DNA of 64,000 nt from the human T2T-CHM13v2.0 reference genome, Homo sapiens, in NCBI RefSeq assembly GCF_009914755.1, contig NC_060936.1; one strand, given 5' to 3'. The position numbers were made by a program, and so were the translations under genes. How positions within the stretch are numbered: the first letter of the stretch is position 1; every line of letters begins with the position of its first letter. A model generated the notes under the pieces. The model had not been told where the DNA came from. It did not search any database and saw only the letters and a list, made by a program, of their open reading frames with translations. Shown here one piece after another: positions 10,458-23,790 of this stretch.

Positions 10458-10755
10458 TGCAATAATATGTAAGGTTATTCTTTTTCTTACATGTAAATGG
10501 GGGTAACTTTTAATTCACACAAAGTTACTATATAGGCTAGCACACCATTGCATAAGGGCTACAGACACAGATTTGAGAATCATCAGCGTAAATGGCCTTT
10601 GAAGCTACAGGGTAGAAGAGGTCACTCAGGGAATGTTAGTAGAAAAAGAATATAAATAAAGGCAATGATAAGAAACTTTCTTGTAATGCAATTGCACTCT
10701 CTCTCTATGGAATATTGTCATTAAAAAAATTATCTAGTAACCTATCATTCATGTA

Positions 10756-11044
<289 letters not shown>

Positions 11045-12010
11045 CATTCACAAATTTTTAATGAGCACCTACTTAGATGCCTTATTCCATGGAAGTGCTA
11101 GGATATAATATTGAACCCAACAGACACAGTCTCAGCCACATGGCTTTTAAAGCTAGTGGGGGAAATGGACGTTAAGCAAATAACTTCATAAAAAAGCTGA
11201 GTCGGGGACAATAAAGCAAGAAATAAGTCCTATCTATGAGGATTCTAGTTAGGCCCCAGGGAAATCCTCCCTGAGAAAGATCCAAATATGGAGCTGGAGT
11301 TAACAAGGCAAAGCCAGTATGGATGTTGGGGCAGGGAGTGGGGAGGTGGGTATTTAGGGACAGAGCATTAAAAGCTGAAAGAACAGCATGTGCATAGGCC
11401 CTAGGATCAGGGGAAACAAAGAGATTTTACCAGGAAGCCATTGTGAGGAAGAGAGGGTCTAAGATCAGGTCAGAAAGGACTGTTGAGTGGGACAAGGTCA
11501 TGAAGATAAGTATGCACATGAAATATTTTGATCCAACAGCAAAAGAAACCATTGATGAGTTCTAGCCAAGAGAGGTACAATAATCTAATTTATACTTAGA
11601 ACTAGGTTTGGTTGGGATTGAGGCATTTACCAGGACTTGGACATTCAATGCCAAAACCAGAAAGTTCTAAACAAGCTGAGTTGTTTACCCTGCTTTGGAC
11701 AGATAGCTCTGGCTACTGTATTGAGAACAGATTAGAGAAAAACAAGCACAAAAGAAGAGAGACCAGTCAGTAGTCTGTGGCCACCGTCCTCCTTCAAGAT
11801 AATGGCCTAGGACCAAGATGGTGCTACAGGAGGGACAGGGAAGTAAGGAGAAGTGACAGAAGGACTTGGAGATGGTTTGAATGGAGTGGTAAGGAAGAGC
11901 AGGTTTCCAAGGCTGGCTTCAGCGTTGAAATCCAATTTATTGTAGAATTGGATTGATGGTAGTGCCATTATAGGAAACATCCTAGGAGAAAGGATGGGCA
12001 GGGTTCTGCA
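11045..12010 (-). mobile_element. L2 3' portion
   Basis: cattcacaaatttttaatgagcacctact... L2 3' end followed by the purine-rich L2 body. Confidence 0.75.
11601..11692. mobile_element. MER81-like hAT-Blackjack MITE nested in L2
   Basis: gggattgaggcatttaccaggacttggacattcaatgccaaaaccagaaagttc...gtttaccct resembles the recalled MER81 consensus. Confidence 0.55.
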
Positions 12011-12024
12011 TTCTGAATACAGAA

Positions 12025-12250
12025 TAGAGCAGTGATTACACAAGCTTTGGGGTAACACTGGCTGAGACTGAATGACAGATTTTCCACTTGCCAGCTATGA
12101 CCTTGGCCAAGTTATTGAATTTCTTTAGTTGCAACTTCTCCGTCTCTAAAATAGGTATTATAATAATAATACTCATTTCACAGAGATTTAAATGGATCAA
12201 ATAAGATAATGTATATAAAATTCTTACGTCAGCCTTAATATTTATTAAAC
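12025..12250 (+). mobile_element. MIR
   Basis: Core tgaccttggccaagttattgaa...ccgtctctaaaatagg. Confidence 0.75.
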
Positions 12251-13237
12251 TGATTGTTTTGGATATTATTGTTATTTTATCTCCCTTTCTAATCTCAGAG
12301 GTTTTACATAAAGTGTTTTAAGAGTTTCATGTTTTAGAGAAGCTTACAACAAAAATAGCTATGCCAAAAAGGAACAGGGAACATAACATCTTTACTATTG
12401 CCTCAAAGAACGAAGATCCAAGATGACACTATTATTTACTGGTTGAAATAATTTTTAATTTCAGTTGACAATTACTAGGATATATTAATAGCTTTTATAC
12501 TTCTCTTTTATTACCATTAGTCAATTACTTATTTCTTTTGTTATATTTTCCATAAACATAATTTTTTTGAACCATTTACTATATGCATATTTACTGGTAT
12601 GGTCATATTGACTTTTGTTAATTTTGCAGCTTGATCTCAGTTTCTATTGCAATTTTATGTTTGTTCCATCTGGGATTTGTGGCTTCAATTGTAGGCTCAA
12701 AGACCATGGGACCATGTTGAGCTTGCTTTCTTGTGGCTTGATTTAGGGCTGTACGTATGCAAATGTTGTTTGAAAAATAATTGTGGATAAAATATACACA
12801 TCTAAAATTTAGTCTATGATTATTTTGCCTGGAGTACCTCTATTAGAAAACAAATTTCCCTTTGAAAAGTAAAATCATTCCACATTTATTTCTGAAGCAC
12901 CTATCTTTTACCTTAAACTCAGAACACATGTAACTATGCATTAGAAAATTAGAAAGTATTAGAGGCTCTACTAGTTATATATTATTTTTATGATTCATTT
13001 AGAAGTAGAAAGAAAACAATCATTGTTAAGTGATATCTGAGGCAATATAGAATTAATGTAATAGAATTAAGTGGTATCTGAGGCAATACAGAATTAATGT
13101 TTAAAAGATTAATCTCTGTTTGACAGTGGAACAATTATTATTCATTTTGAACTTAGACAGTGGGATATTGCAGGAATTTTACTCTAAAGAGGAAATAAAT
13201 TGTAATCACTAAGATAGATAGAGATATATACACACGT

Positions 13238-13600
13238 GCTATGATCTGAATGACCACCAAAGTTCATGTGCTGAAACTGAATAAACAGTGTGATAGTGTG
13301 AAGAGGTGGAGCTTTTAGGAAATGATGAGGTCATGAGGGGAGCCTTCATGGATGGGATTAGCTAGCTTGTAAAAGGGCTGGAGGGAACGAGCTATGTTCT
13401 TTTTTGTCCTTCCAGCTTCAGCTGTGGGAACATAGCGTTCAAGGTGCCATCTTAGAAGCAGAAAGCAGGCCTCAATAGACACTAAACCTGCTAGCAACTT
13501 GTTCTTAGACTTCCATCCCCAGTACTGTGAGGCATACGTTTCTGTTCTTATTAACTGTCCAGTATCAGGTATTTTGTTATAACAGCACAAACAATGCACA
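13238..13600 (+). mobile_element. MaLR solo LTR (MSTD/MLT1A-like)
   Basis: tgctatgatctgaatg...gcgttcaaggtgccatcttagaagcag...tattttgttataacagcacaaac. Confidence 0.8.
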
Positions 13601-14064
13601 CACACAGACACATATATGCAGATAGAGAGATGTCTTTGATACAGTATCTTAGGCTCCCGGAATCCTACCATTGATGGACACTGGCTGCAAGAATGTTGTC
13701 AGCAACTTCAGTCCCAACCCCTCCTGGATATTCCGCTTAGGAGAATCATGTAATAGGACACCCAGCTAAAGAGCTCTGGAGAGTGAAGGGGATACCAAGC
13801 ATAAGAAGAAAACCATCACAGTTATTTCCATTTTTAACCTGGAAGCAAAAAGGTTATTAAAGATAACATTTTTGTAAAATTTGAAATGGGCACTTTTTTT
13901 CCATGTTTATAATTTTATAAAACCAAATCAATCAATCAATTATCATATTGATAGAACTTAACATGAAGTCATGTTGATAAAATTAAATGTACAGTGCAAA
14001 TATACATATTTCATTATAAGTGTCTTCCAAGCCTATTTGGATATCAGAGTCATCTGTGAAGACT

Positions 14065-14285
14065 GTTAAAGCTTAGATGCCTCAATTCCATATATCACTG
14101 CTACTTACTTTAGGCAAGTCACCTAAACTCTCTGTGCCTCAGTTACCTCATCTGTAAAATGGGGATAACAGCCCTATCTTCCTAACAGGAATGTTATGCT
14201 GATTAAATGAGTTAATGTATGTAAGGTCTTTTGAAAGTTCCTGGTACGTTAAAAAAGAAACACATGCCGACATGTAGTGATTGCT
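14065..14285 (+). mobile_element. MIR
   Basis: ggcaagtcacctaaactctctgtgcctcagttacctcatctgtaaaatggggataa. Confidence 0.85.
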
Positions 14286-15196
14286 ATTCTTATTCCCTGT
14301 GTAAGTTACTTGGATCTTTATTTCCAGGGATTTTGGTCTGGCTCTCACTATGGGTTTATTCCTAGAGGGAGCTCAGTTTTCCTAGCCAGGTACTGTGAAT
14401 TTGGGGTTAAATGGAGAGAAAATGTTGTGCATGATGCTGTGGCTGTTGGGGCAGTACTTCTATTAGTATGTGTGTAGGGCAGCTGAGGGGCAAGACAAGG
14501 CATTCAGAGATCATACTTTGGAACTGGAAGCAGGTCATCCTGTACCCTAATAATTCCCGAATGGGATTTAGCTTTGTCATTTCCCCAAAGTGTTCCATGG
14601 CCTACTGAAACATGTATTTTCTAAATGAAAATAGATTTGTTTATGCAACCATAAATATAACTTTGAATTTATTTCAAAGCATAGATTTGAAACCTTAAAA
14701 TATGACAACAAAATGGGGAACTAATCTTGGACACAAATAAGCTTTGGCAAATATCGTGACAGGTCCCACTGAAGCTGAATGACTGTGCAGGTTGATACAC
14801 TGGACATTTTCGGTGAAACCTGTGTGAACAGACAACTGGAGGGTCAGATGATTTATCCTCTCCCCAGTACCTTGGCACAAGGTAAAACTTCTCGATGTTT
14901 GATGCAACCTAGAAGGGGTTGGTTACAGTAAACAAATGAAGTTACCATTTCTTATGCGGAGAAAGGAGAGGGTTGAACAGAATGTGTACAATTTTAGAAA
15001 GTCCACCTGGAATTTTGGCCTGAGATACATGCTTTATTATGGAAGAATTTTTCTGGTATTATTAAGAATTTTTATGCATGGTGACAGTTATCAATTTATT
15101 GCCTTTCAGCTCCAAATCTACCCTTATATTACCTGTTCTGAAATAACAGACAAGACTCTTTGAAGTCTTTCCTCTGTAGTAAGCATGATGCTAAGT

Positions 15197-15215
15197 TTGT
15201 CAGTAGAGGGCGCTG
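15197..15215 (+). promoter_or_regulatory. CTCF-like motif inside the LTR41-like element
   Basis: TTGTCAGTAGAGGGCGCTG, a close match to the CCASYAGRKGGCRS core. Confidence 0.55.
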
Positions 15216-15690
15216 GAGGGCCGTGGCAGGAGGAAGGAGTTTCCTTTCACGGTTCCAGTAAGTTGCAGGTTTTTTGCTTCTTGCTCTTTCTGCGTTGCTG
15301 CCAAACTGCACTGTCCCAGCCATGCACCCAGACTGTGCTGCCTGACTTCCTGCAAACTCAAGGCCCCATCTTAGCTCAGTAATCGCCTCACTGTGGCCCC
15401 CCTGATGTGGATGCCAGGTGCCTAGGCCTCCTGTAGGCCTGCCAGGAAACTGCCTGCCAAAGCCCCACTGCCTCAGTGTGCCCTCCCGCCAAGCTCCCCC
15501 TGCTTGAGGAAGTGTGCTTCTTGTTTATACATCGACTATGAACCAGGTCTGGCCCAGGCAATGCAGCCAGTGGCTCCACCATCCAGTACGCTCCAAACAC
15601 ATCTTCTGGAATAGGTTTAAATCCCAGCCTCAGGAAGACGGCCCCCTTGCCAAGTTATTCCTTTCTTGGGTCCCAGGGAATTCTTTGGAA

Positions 15691-15892
15691 CAGGGGTCCT
15701 CAATACCATCTGTTAGATTTTGTAAATAAAGACTTACTGGAATACAGGCATGCACAGTGATTTATAATTTGTCTCTGGCTGCTTCGATGCTGTAATGGCA
15801 GAAACAAATAGTTGCAACAGAGACCCAATTGTCCAGAAAGCGTATGCTCCGTACTATCGGACTCTTTACAGAAAAAAATTTGCTGACCTCTA
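15691..15892. mobile_element. MER58A-like hAT-Charlie MITE
   Basis: cagggg...tttgtaaataaagacttactggaatacag...ctttacagaaaaaaatttgctgacctcta. Confidence 0.8.
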
Positions 15893-15954
15893 TTTGAGAG
15901 TTGTCTTTTCTCTCTTTATAGTCACTTCATAGTTATAGTTAATCATTATTTTTT

Positions 15955-16248
<294 letters not shown>

Positions 16249-17869
16249 TTATCATTATAACTTATATTAAAATTTCCCAGTTCAAATTACTATGTTGTTT
16301 CTGTCTCCTGGTTAGACCTCATTGATAAATGCAATATATACTGTAATCTGATAGATTACATCCCATAGAATGGTGCCATTTTAATTTGAGAAGGAAGCAG
16401 CTACTATTTTACCTCTGGCCAATAAAAATCCTCCAGGCAAGGAAATACTCTGAGTCTGGCTACTGCCTACAAAGTGGGAAAGGGAAAAAAATAGAACAAT
16501 CCTTTAGCATATAAGTTAATTATATCGATAAATTATTTCACCACATCTATACTTTATTCATTTTGTTGCACTTGGAAGCAATCCAGATGCCTACCACGTG
16601 GTAAGAATTTAGTAAATGATTTTGAATGAGTGAATTAATGAGTCTATGAATGAATATAAGGAGAACTGAAAACAAACTATAGGCAGCATTTTCCTTTCAA
16701 TGCAAAGAAATGACAAATAATAAAATGTAGATAAGCTCTGGGTAATTTTTTCCTCAAATATTTACTCTGATTGTATGAAAATTATGGAAAATATATAAAG
16801 AGATGTGTCTGTGAATACATTATCTTTAAGCTATATATGCAAATGAAGTGGAAAACACAAGAAAAATAATTTTCTCCTGAAACATTCTGATAATTGAATC
16901 AAGCATTGCATTTTTGGTTTGAATTAGCTGAGCTGAACTGGTGATTCATTTCACTTCGCGTGTGAGGCCACAGCCATAGAGAGGTTCATACTGGGTTCAC
17001 TTCAATAAACAGCTGCGGACTGGGGTCAATTTTTATTTTATTTAGCATTATTCATTCATTCAGATTCCATATTCAGCTAATTACTTGCAGGAACAGTACT
17101 CATTAAGAAAAATAACTCATTTACATGGAAGAAGGCTACAGTTTGCCCTTTTGCTTTTATCTCCCTTCCTTCCCGTTGCATTTATTCTTCTTTCATTTTG
17201 AGTAACATAAAGCACAAAAATCAAATCAAGGCACTTTAAATTCTGATTTCTTGTTTCCCAAACATTCAAACCTTTTTATGGACAGAAATTAGCCTTTGCC
17301 AGGTAATTCAAATAAAGAGTTACATTCTATTTTAATCCTCTTTTCAAGTGAGCATTTTGCCATATTGCTCACATCTTCCTGTCTGCTCACAGACCACTTT
17401 GCAATGGTTTGCTCTGCCTTCCCTTTAGCTGATTGCGGGGCATTCAGTGGAAAGCCTCAGATGCTGGTGATATTTTCTCTACTGTTTACAAGAGCAGAAA
17501 AGAATTTCACACTTTTTTGAGCACTGCAGCTGTTTCAGCACCTTTAAATGCCACTTATAAGCCATTCTAAACAAACCAACCTGCCTACCAGAAAACCAAA
17601 ATACCTGTTAGTACTTTTTTCTCTATGAAGGATGAAGAGTTTTCTTTAATGTTCCAAATAAATTCAAGGAATGCATTTTCATTCTAGGCCTTCATACAAA
17701 GACAGAAATATAGGTAGATCAACATTAAAAAGATAAAAGTAGTTCCCATTTTTATTAGCAGTAGGAATTTGAGAGATCGAGAAAGTAGTGATTATTCTCT
17801 AATAGCAATCTTAAAGAAAAGTATGTAATGCTAGTTAGCTTGTCGTTTTGTTTAACCTGACCTCTAGGT

Positions 17870-18050
17870 TAGTGGTTCTCAACCTTGTTTGCAAGTTGGA
17901 ATGACATGGGGAGCTTGAAAAAGAAAAAAGTGGAATGCCTGTATCCACCCCCAGAGGTTGGGAATAAACTGGTCTAGGCTGTGGCTGATGTTTGGAAGTT
18001 TGAAAAGCTCCTCAAGTAATTGTAATGTACAGACAAGTTTGGGAACCAGT
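17870..18050. mobile_element. MER5-family hAT-Charlie MITE
   Basis: Terminal inverted repeats agtggttctcaa ... ttgggaaccagtg. Confidence 0.8.
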
Positions 18051-18186
18051 GCCCTGGATTGACCTTGGGTCCAAGGTCTTGTGTCATGGCTGTCCAACAG
18101 AACTTTCTGAGATTATGGAGGTAGTAACTGCAGTGAGAGCTACTACCCCTGGAACAGAAGAGACAAAGGGAAGAGAGTGGTGTTTT

Positions 18187-18816
18187 TGATATAAGAGCTA
18201 AGAAGAAAGTACTTAGGCAGATAGTGAGGGCATGGGAATCCTCCGTAAGGTCTTCCTTTTAATGAAAAGCAGCCCCAAAATCATTTTCTTTTCTAATAAA
18301 GAGCAGCCTGTAAAATCGAACTGCAGACATAGACAAGCAAGCTGGAAGCTTGCACAGGTGAATGCTAGCAGTTGTGCCAATACAAATATACTACCTGGGA
18401 GTAAGCATGTTCAAAATGGTGGCTCCATCTTCTCCTTTTGCCAGCCATGTGTACAGTAAAGAGCAGACAAGATGGCACTGGCCAAATGGAAAGGCCGTTT
18501 GCGTAATAAGATTAGGGTGGGGCAACCAGGCTTTCCATGCCCTATGTAAACATCACACCTGGTTAAACCAATCTGTGGGCCCTACAAATCAGACACCGCC
18601 TCCTCAAGGCTGCCTATACCATCTGCTGCGATCTGCAGCCTTTCCCTTTTGGATGCCTCTCTCTCACAAGAGAGCGGGAGCTGCTCTCCTCTCTCCTTTC
18701 TGCTATTAAAATTTCTGCTCCTTAACCCACTCCAGTGTGTGTATGTCCGTGTGGTTAATCTTCTTGGTGCGAGACGACGAACCCTGGGATTTACCCCAGA
18801 CAATGATGCTGCTTCA
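18187..18816 (+). mobile_element. LTR9-like ERV1 solo LTR
   Basis: TGATATAAGAGCTAAGAAGAAAGTACTTAGGCAGATAGTGAGGG...GCTGCTTCA; 4-bp TSD tttt. Confidence 0.85.
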
Positions 18817-19239
18817 TTTTCACAACCAGGGAGCTTCTAAGAGGACTCTACAGAATTGAAAGTGACTCCTGAAAAATGGAACTGCCCAGTTGGTGCTACT
18901 ATCACTGAGGTGGAATGCATCATTCTGGGAGTGGGGAAAGAAAATACCATCAACCAACTGTTGCTGCCGAACCATTGCTGGGAAGACTAATGGGAATAGA
19001 CAAGAAAGAAGTCTTTTCCCCTCTCCTCCTACTTTGTAGTCTCACTTTTAATGCCCTTAGTCATAGAATCTAACAAGACAGTAACTGGTCAAAAGGACAC
19101 AGTTTGCAGAATCCCAACTCCAGTCAGCATCTCCAAGCCAGATATGGAAGCCAACTATGGACTGCATAGTTGACTGAAACCACAAAAATACCACAATGGT
19201 GGTATTTTAATAATAATTTTAGTAGTAGTAGCGAGATAA

Positions 19240-19400
19240 TAATACTGTATTTTTACCATATCTTTTCTATGTTTTGATATGTTTAGATACACAAATACTT
19301 ATCATTGCGTTACAATTGCCTACAGAATTCAGTACAATAACATGCTGTACAGGTTTGTAGCCTAGGAGCAATAGGCTATAATGTAGAGGCTAGGTGTGTC
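19240..19400 (-). mobile_element. Tigger3-type DNA transposon fragment
   Basis: gtttagatacacaaatactt...catgctgtacaggtttgtagcctaggagcaataggctata. Confidence 0.8.
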
Positions 19401-19577
19401 ATAAGCTTGTAATAGCAATCATTATTCCCACAGATCAACTGTGTTTTTCAGTTGTTGATCTAGGTTGTGCTCACCTAACGTTTTAGCCTTCTGCAGTAGT
19501 TGGATTTATCGTTCATCAAATATCTACTCCCTGTTAATGTTGGACTTGGCTGTCAGGTATGATATGGCTGATGGAAT

Positions 19578-20492
19578 TGTAAAGCAAAAATTAAATCTAA
19601 GTCCTCCAGCTCACTGAATGGACCCTTCTCTTGGCTAAGGGGACCTGATAAAACCTGAAAAACTAGTTCAGGCCATGACAGGAAGGTGGGTAGATGATAT
19701 TGGACATGCTTCATTATACTCTTCTTCCTTTGGAGTTCAGGCATACAATTGACCAACATTAACTTTAAAATAGAAAGTCTAAGACTGGCAGAACAGACTC
19801 TTTGTAGCAATAAGATACAAACTCCAATCCCACCCAGGTATGACGTCACATGGCAGAAAATAGGCCCTAAAAGGAAATCAAAGTATTTTACCCCGAAATG
19901 TGTATCTTTGACATATTTTGAAATTGTATCAATCTACTTAGAAGTTTATTTTGCCAAGGTTAAAGATCAGCTGTTCTTGTGGGGGAAATTTACATTCTGT
20001 AGAGATTCGGCTTCCTTTACTAGGTCTCTCCAGAGAGTCTGACCCTTTGATAAGAGAGATTCACTTTTCTCTGAAGTCTGCTACCCGGAGGCTTCATCTG
20101 TATGACAAGAACCTTGGCTTGCACGACTCTCCTCTTACTTTAACTCAGAGCTGATTTCACCTCTTCAGGCAGAGCTTCACCCTTTTAACCAATTGCCAAT
20201 TAGGAAATCTGTAAATCTATCTATGACCTGGAAGCGCTATACCTCCCCCCGCCATCACTAGGATATCACACCCTTCTGGGCTGAAGCAATCTATAACTCA
20301 CATTTATTAATTTATGTCTATGCCTAAACTTCTGTCTCCCTAAAATATTTAAAACCAAACACCAAACTAACCCAACCACCTGGGCACATGTTCTCAGGAA
20401 CTCCTGAGGTCATGTTATGGGTCATGATCTTTAACCTTGCAAAATAAACTTCTAAGTAGATTGATACTATCTCAGATACTTTATGGTCTACA
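19578..20492 (+). mobile_element. MER4-group ERV1 solo LTR (MER4B/D-like)
   Basis: TGTAAAGCAAAAATTAAAT...AATAAAC...CTCAGATACTTTATGGTCTACA; 4-bp TSD gaat. Confidence 0.85.
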
Positions 20493-20567
20493 GAATGTTA
20501 GTGGACACAAATAGATGCCTTAAATGTGTTTGCCAGATTTGGAATTGCACCATGAGAAGAATATGAC

Positions 20568-20978
20568 TGTATTACTTCATTCTTGCCTTATTATAAGTAA
20601 ATACCTGAGACTGGGTGATTTATAAAGAAAACAGATTTAATTGGCTCATGGTTGTGCAGGCTGTACAGGAAGTATAATGCTGGCACCTACTTGGCTTCTG
20701 GGGAAACTTATAATCATGGCATAAGGTGAAGGGGGAGCAGGCATGCCACATGGTGAAAGCAGGAGCAAGAGAGAAGGGGGAGGTGCCAAACTTTTTTATA
20801 CATTCAAATCTCACGAGAACTCACTCATCATCGTGACAGCACTAACGGGATGGTGCTAAACCATTCGTGAGAAATCTGCCCCCATGATCCAGTCACCTCC
20901 CACCAGATTCCACCTCCAACATTGGGGATTACAATTAAATATGATACTTGGGTGGGAACACAGATCCAAACCATATCA
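20568..20978 (-). mobile_element. MSTB-like MaLR solo LTR nested in an MLT1 fragment (~20530-21180)
   Basis: tgtatta...cagatccaaaccatatca; TSD atgac/atgcc; flanks read as MLT1 (gagaataaatgctgttgtaagtcactgagttttg). Confidence 0.85.
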
Positions 20979-21639
20979 ATGCCATTTCAGCCTAGGCTAC
21001 AGAATGAGATGCACGTAAGAAGTCTGTGACCTGGACCAGAGCAGCCCAGCTGAACACATGCTGGATTGGAAGAACCACCTTTGACCTGAAGACCTGTGAG
21101 TGAGAATAAATGCTGTTGTAAGTCACTGAGTTTTGGTTTGTCATGCAGCATTATTGTGTAAATAGCAGGATGAATCACACCCTTAGCTTGTACCTTTGGC
21201 TCTTTAGTTGAAGATGAAAAATTTTAGGCAAACTAAAACTGCCTCAAAAAACAGCAGCGTATTATCACACAAGATAAAGAATGTGTAGGAGTTCTCTGAA
21301 TTGCAGCTAACATAATGTTATCTGAATAAATGTTGAATTCTTTTTCTTCTTGGGCAGTAATAAGTTTGTTTTTGTTGTAGGATATTTCAAAATAGTAGAT
21401 AACCATAATTAGCATGTAATTTGTTGGCAACACTGTCTTTTTAGCAGTTCTAACCCATAGAAACTTAAATTCATAGTTATCAGTAATGCTTATTGTGAAT
21501 GCTTTAATGTAGCAATTCTTGCATTTTTATGCATCTTGCTAATTAATGGTTTACTGTTTTCCTGGTCTTATGTATCTATAGTCTCATTTAATTTTAACAG
21601 TTATGTCTTCTAACTAAAGGAATTAAAGCCAGAAAAGGA

Positions 21640-22400
21640 GGTAATTATTGGACTGATGACAAAGTGATCTATTCAGTTATCTTAGATTAGGTAGGGCCAA
21701 AGCCGAACTTAGAATCTAGGTAAGATTTGGAAAGGAGCGGAAGAGGGCATCCCTATTTAGGCCAAAACTATTAGAGTAGGGATTTTTGAAGGATGAGGAT
21801 TGACGTCAATTGAGATTCCAGCATACCTGGAATAGAGGATTTGTTTTAGGAATTGGTAATAAATATGTTAGATTAAAAAAGCAAAAGAAAAAGAAGTTTG
21901 CACTTGATGGAGTGGGCAGTGGAGAACTTGTATAACATCATGTTAATAATGCTTTATGGAGATTTTTCTGGTGATAATATTCAATTAAAATCTTTAAAGT
22001 TTGTAAAACATGTTTAACTCCCTCGTATATGTCTATTACATGCTAGACACTATGCTGGGTAGTTATATTCACGTAAGTGGAGAAGTAGGCATTGTAGGGG
22101 TTAAAAAATTTAATAAGATATGGCCCCTGCTCTCAATGGAGCAGACAGATATTTTTACAGCCATAATACAAGTTATAGTTTAATAAGCACTATAATAAAG
22201 GTAAAATAATTAAGAGAATATAGATGAGGGAAAATTAATTACTATTAGGAGGATCAAGGAAGTTTTATAGAAGAGGTTGTAAATGGACTGCTAGTAAATT
22301 ACTCATAATGGACAAAAAAGAAGGCAGAATCAAAAGTGATGTCAAAACTTTTAGTCCAGGAAACAAATAATGGTTTTGTCATGGCCAGAAATAGAAACCT
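21640..22400 (-). mobile_element. L2 fragments
   Basis: Degenerate L2-like sequence (ataagatatggcccctgctctcaatgga, atcaaggaagttttatagaagagg). Confidence 0.5.
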
Positions 22401-23089
22401 GGAAATTATGATAATATTAACAACAATTTTGCATCAATTTCATAATTGATGTGTGTTGTGATGAGTCCACTTAAATTTTCTGATTCAATTCTAAGTGCTT
22501 TCCAAGGCATGGTTTAAAGCATTAGAGCATGTTTTTATTTAACAGTTAGCCTCATTGACTCAGGGTGTTTAACCCAGTTAGGCTTGGCATTTAAATGAGT
22601 AAGACATGAGAAAATATATCCCCATTTGGTTCTTCTTGTACATAAAGAGTGTTTTCAACAAACGTGACTAACAATGGTCTTTGCTAAAAATATATTACCT
22701 TATGTAGGCTATCTATAGTATCTTATCTATTAGAAAGTTTTGGGGATGGGATAGAAACCCCAAAAAGTTTTAAAATAATCAAGATATATACAGACACATA
22801 GACATATAAGAAGAAGAATCTCATAGTGTAGTACAATAGAATTTTAGCAAACGTGGGCTTTGGTCTAAGGAAAGAAAAGTTTAAGCCAACATCATGAAGT
22901 CTTGGAAAATGTGTACAAAGACATTGCCAGTAACATTACATTCCAATCAGTAACACATGCTTTTCTTGAGGTTAAAATCACTCTTTTAAATAAGTCAGCA
23001 AAGTCAGTAAATTTCTGCCGATGCTCTCATAAGTTCCTTATTAATGCTATAAGTGAGACTCTCCTTTCCCATATAAGATGAAAACTGCT

Positions 23090-23790
23090 CTGGCCTGGTT
23101 GACTCTAACATGTTACTTCAGTAAATTGGGTAAGGCCACTTTTATCTCTCAGAACCTGTTTCCTCATCTGAGGAATGAGAAGGTAGGACTTGATTCCTCC
23201 TCCCTTTTCCCTAGTCTTCCTCTCTCTCTCTCTCCCTCCTTCCCTCCAAAAGGAACCTCCTTTTGGGACTTCCTTTGTGTCCTAGTTTAGATTCTTATAT
23301 ATTTTACCCAGAGTACTATAATCCCTAGCAAGTCTCTTTACTGCCAATATTGTCTTCCTCAAAGCTATTCTCAAAAAAATGACCTGAATAATGAATCTAA
23401 AACCCCAATGTGACTATGTTTTTTTCTTAGTTGGCTACAGGTGATTCTACCTGATGTAGCTCCTGTTGTTTTTGCCATAGCTTCATTGCGGGCTACTTTC
23501 CCCTACTCTCTCATCACCTGGTTACTGCTGTCCTCTCTGAATGTAGTGAGTGCCCTCTATGACTTTGTGTATGGGCAAACTCCTGTTCATCCTTCAAACT
23601 CTTATCAAATGTCCTTTCCTCTGTGATACCTTCAAGAAGAGTAAATTCTTTCCTTCTCTTTTGTCATTATACTTGGTTTTTGCTTCTACGGTGGCACTTA
23701 TTCCATTGTATTACACTTAAATTTCTGTATGTCTGACTCTTTACGCCCTGGGCACAGTGCCTTGCACATAATGGGTAGTCAATAAATACA
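23090..23790 (+). mobile_element. MIR fragment followed by L2 3' fragments
   Basis: tttcctcatctgaggaatgag (MIR core); ggcacagtgccttgcacataatgggtagtcaataaata (L2 3' end). Confidence 0.6.

Larger units (their letters stand above)
8961..10550. mobile_element. hAT-Tip100-like (MER115/Zaphod-type) DNA transposon relic, interrupted by LTR5 and containing arm B
   Basis: gggagcaccattcacatc near the start and ttttaattcacacaaagttactatataggctagcacaccattg at the end resemble recalled Tip100-group termini; no TSD visible. Confidence 0.45.
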
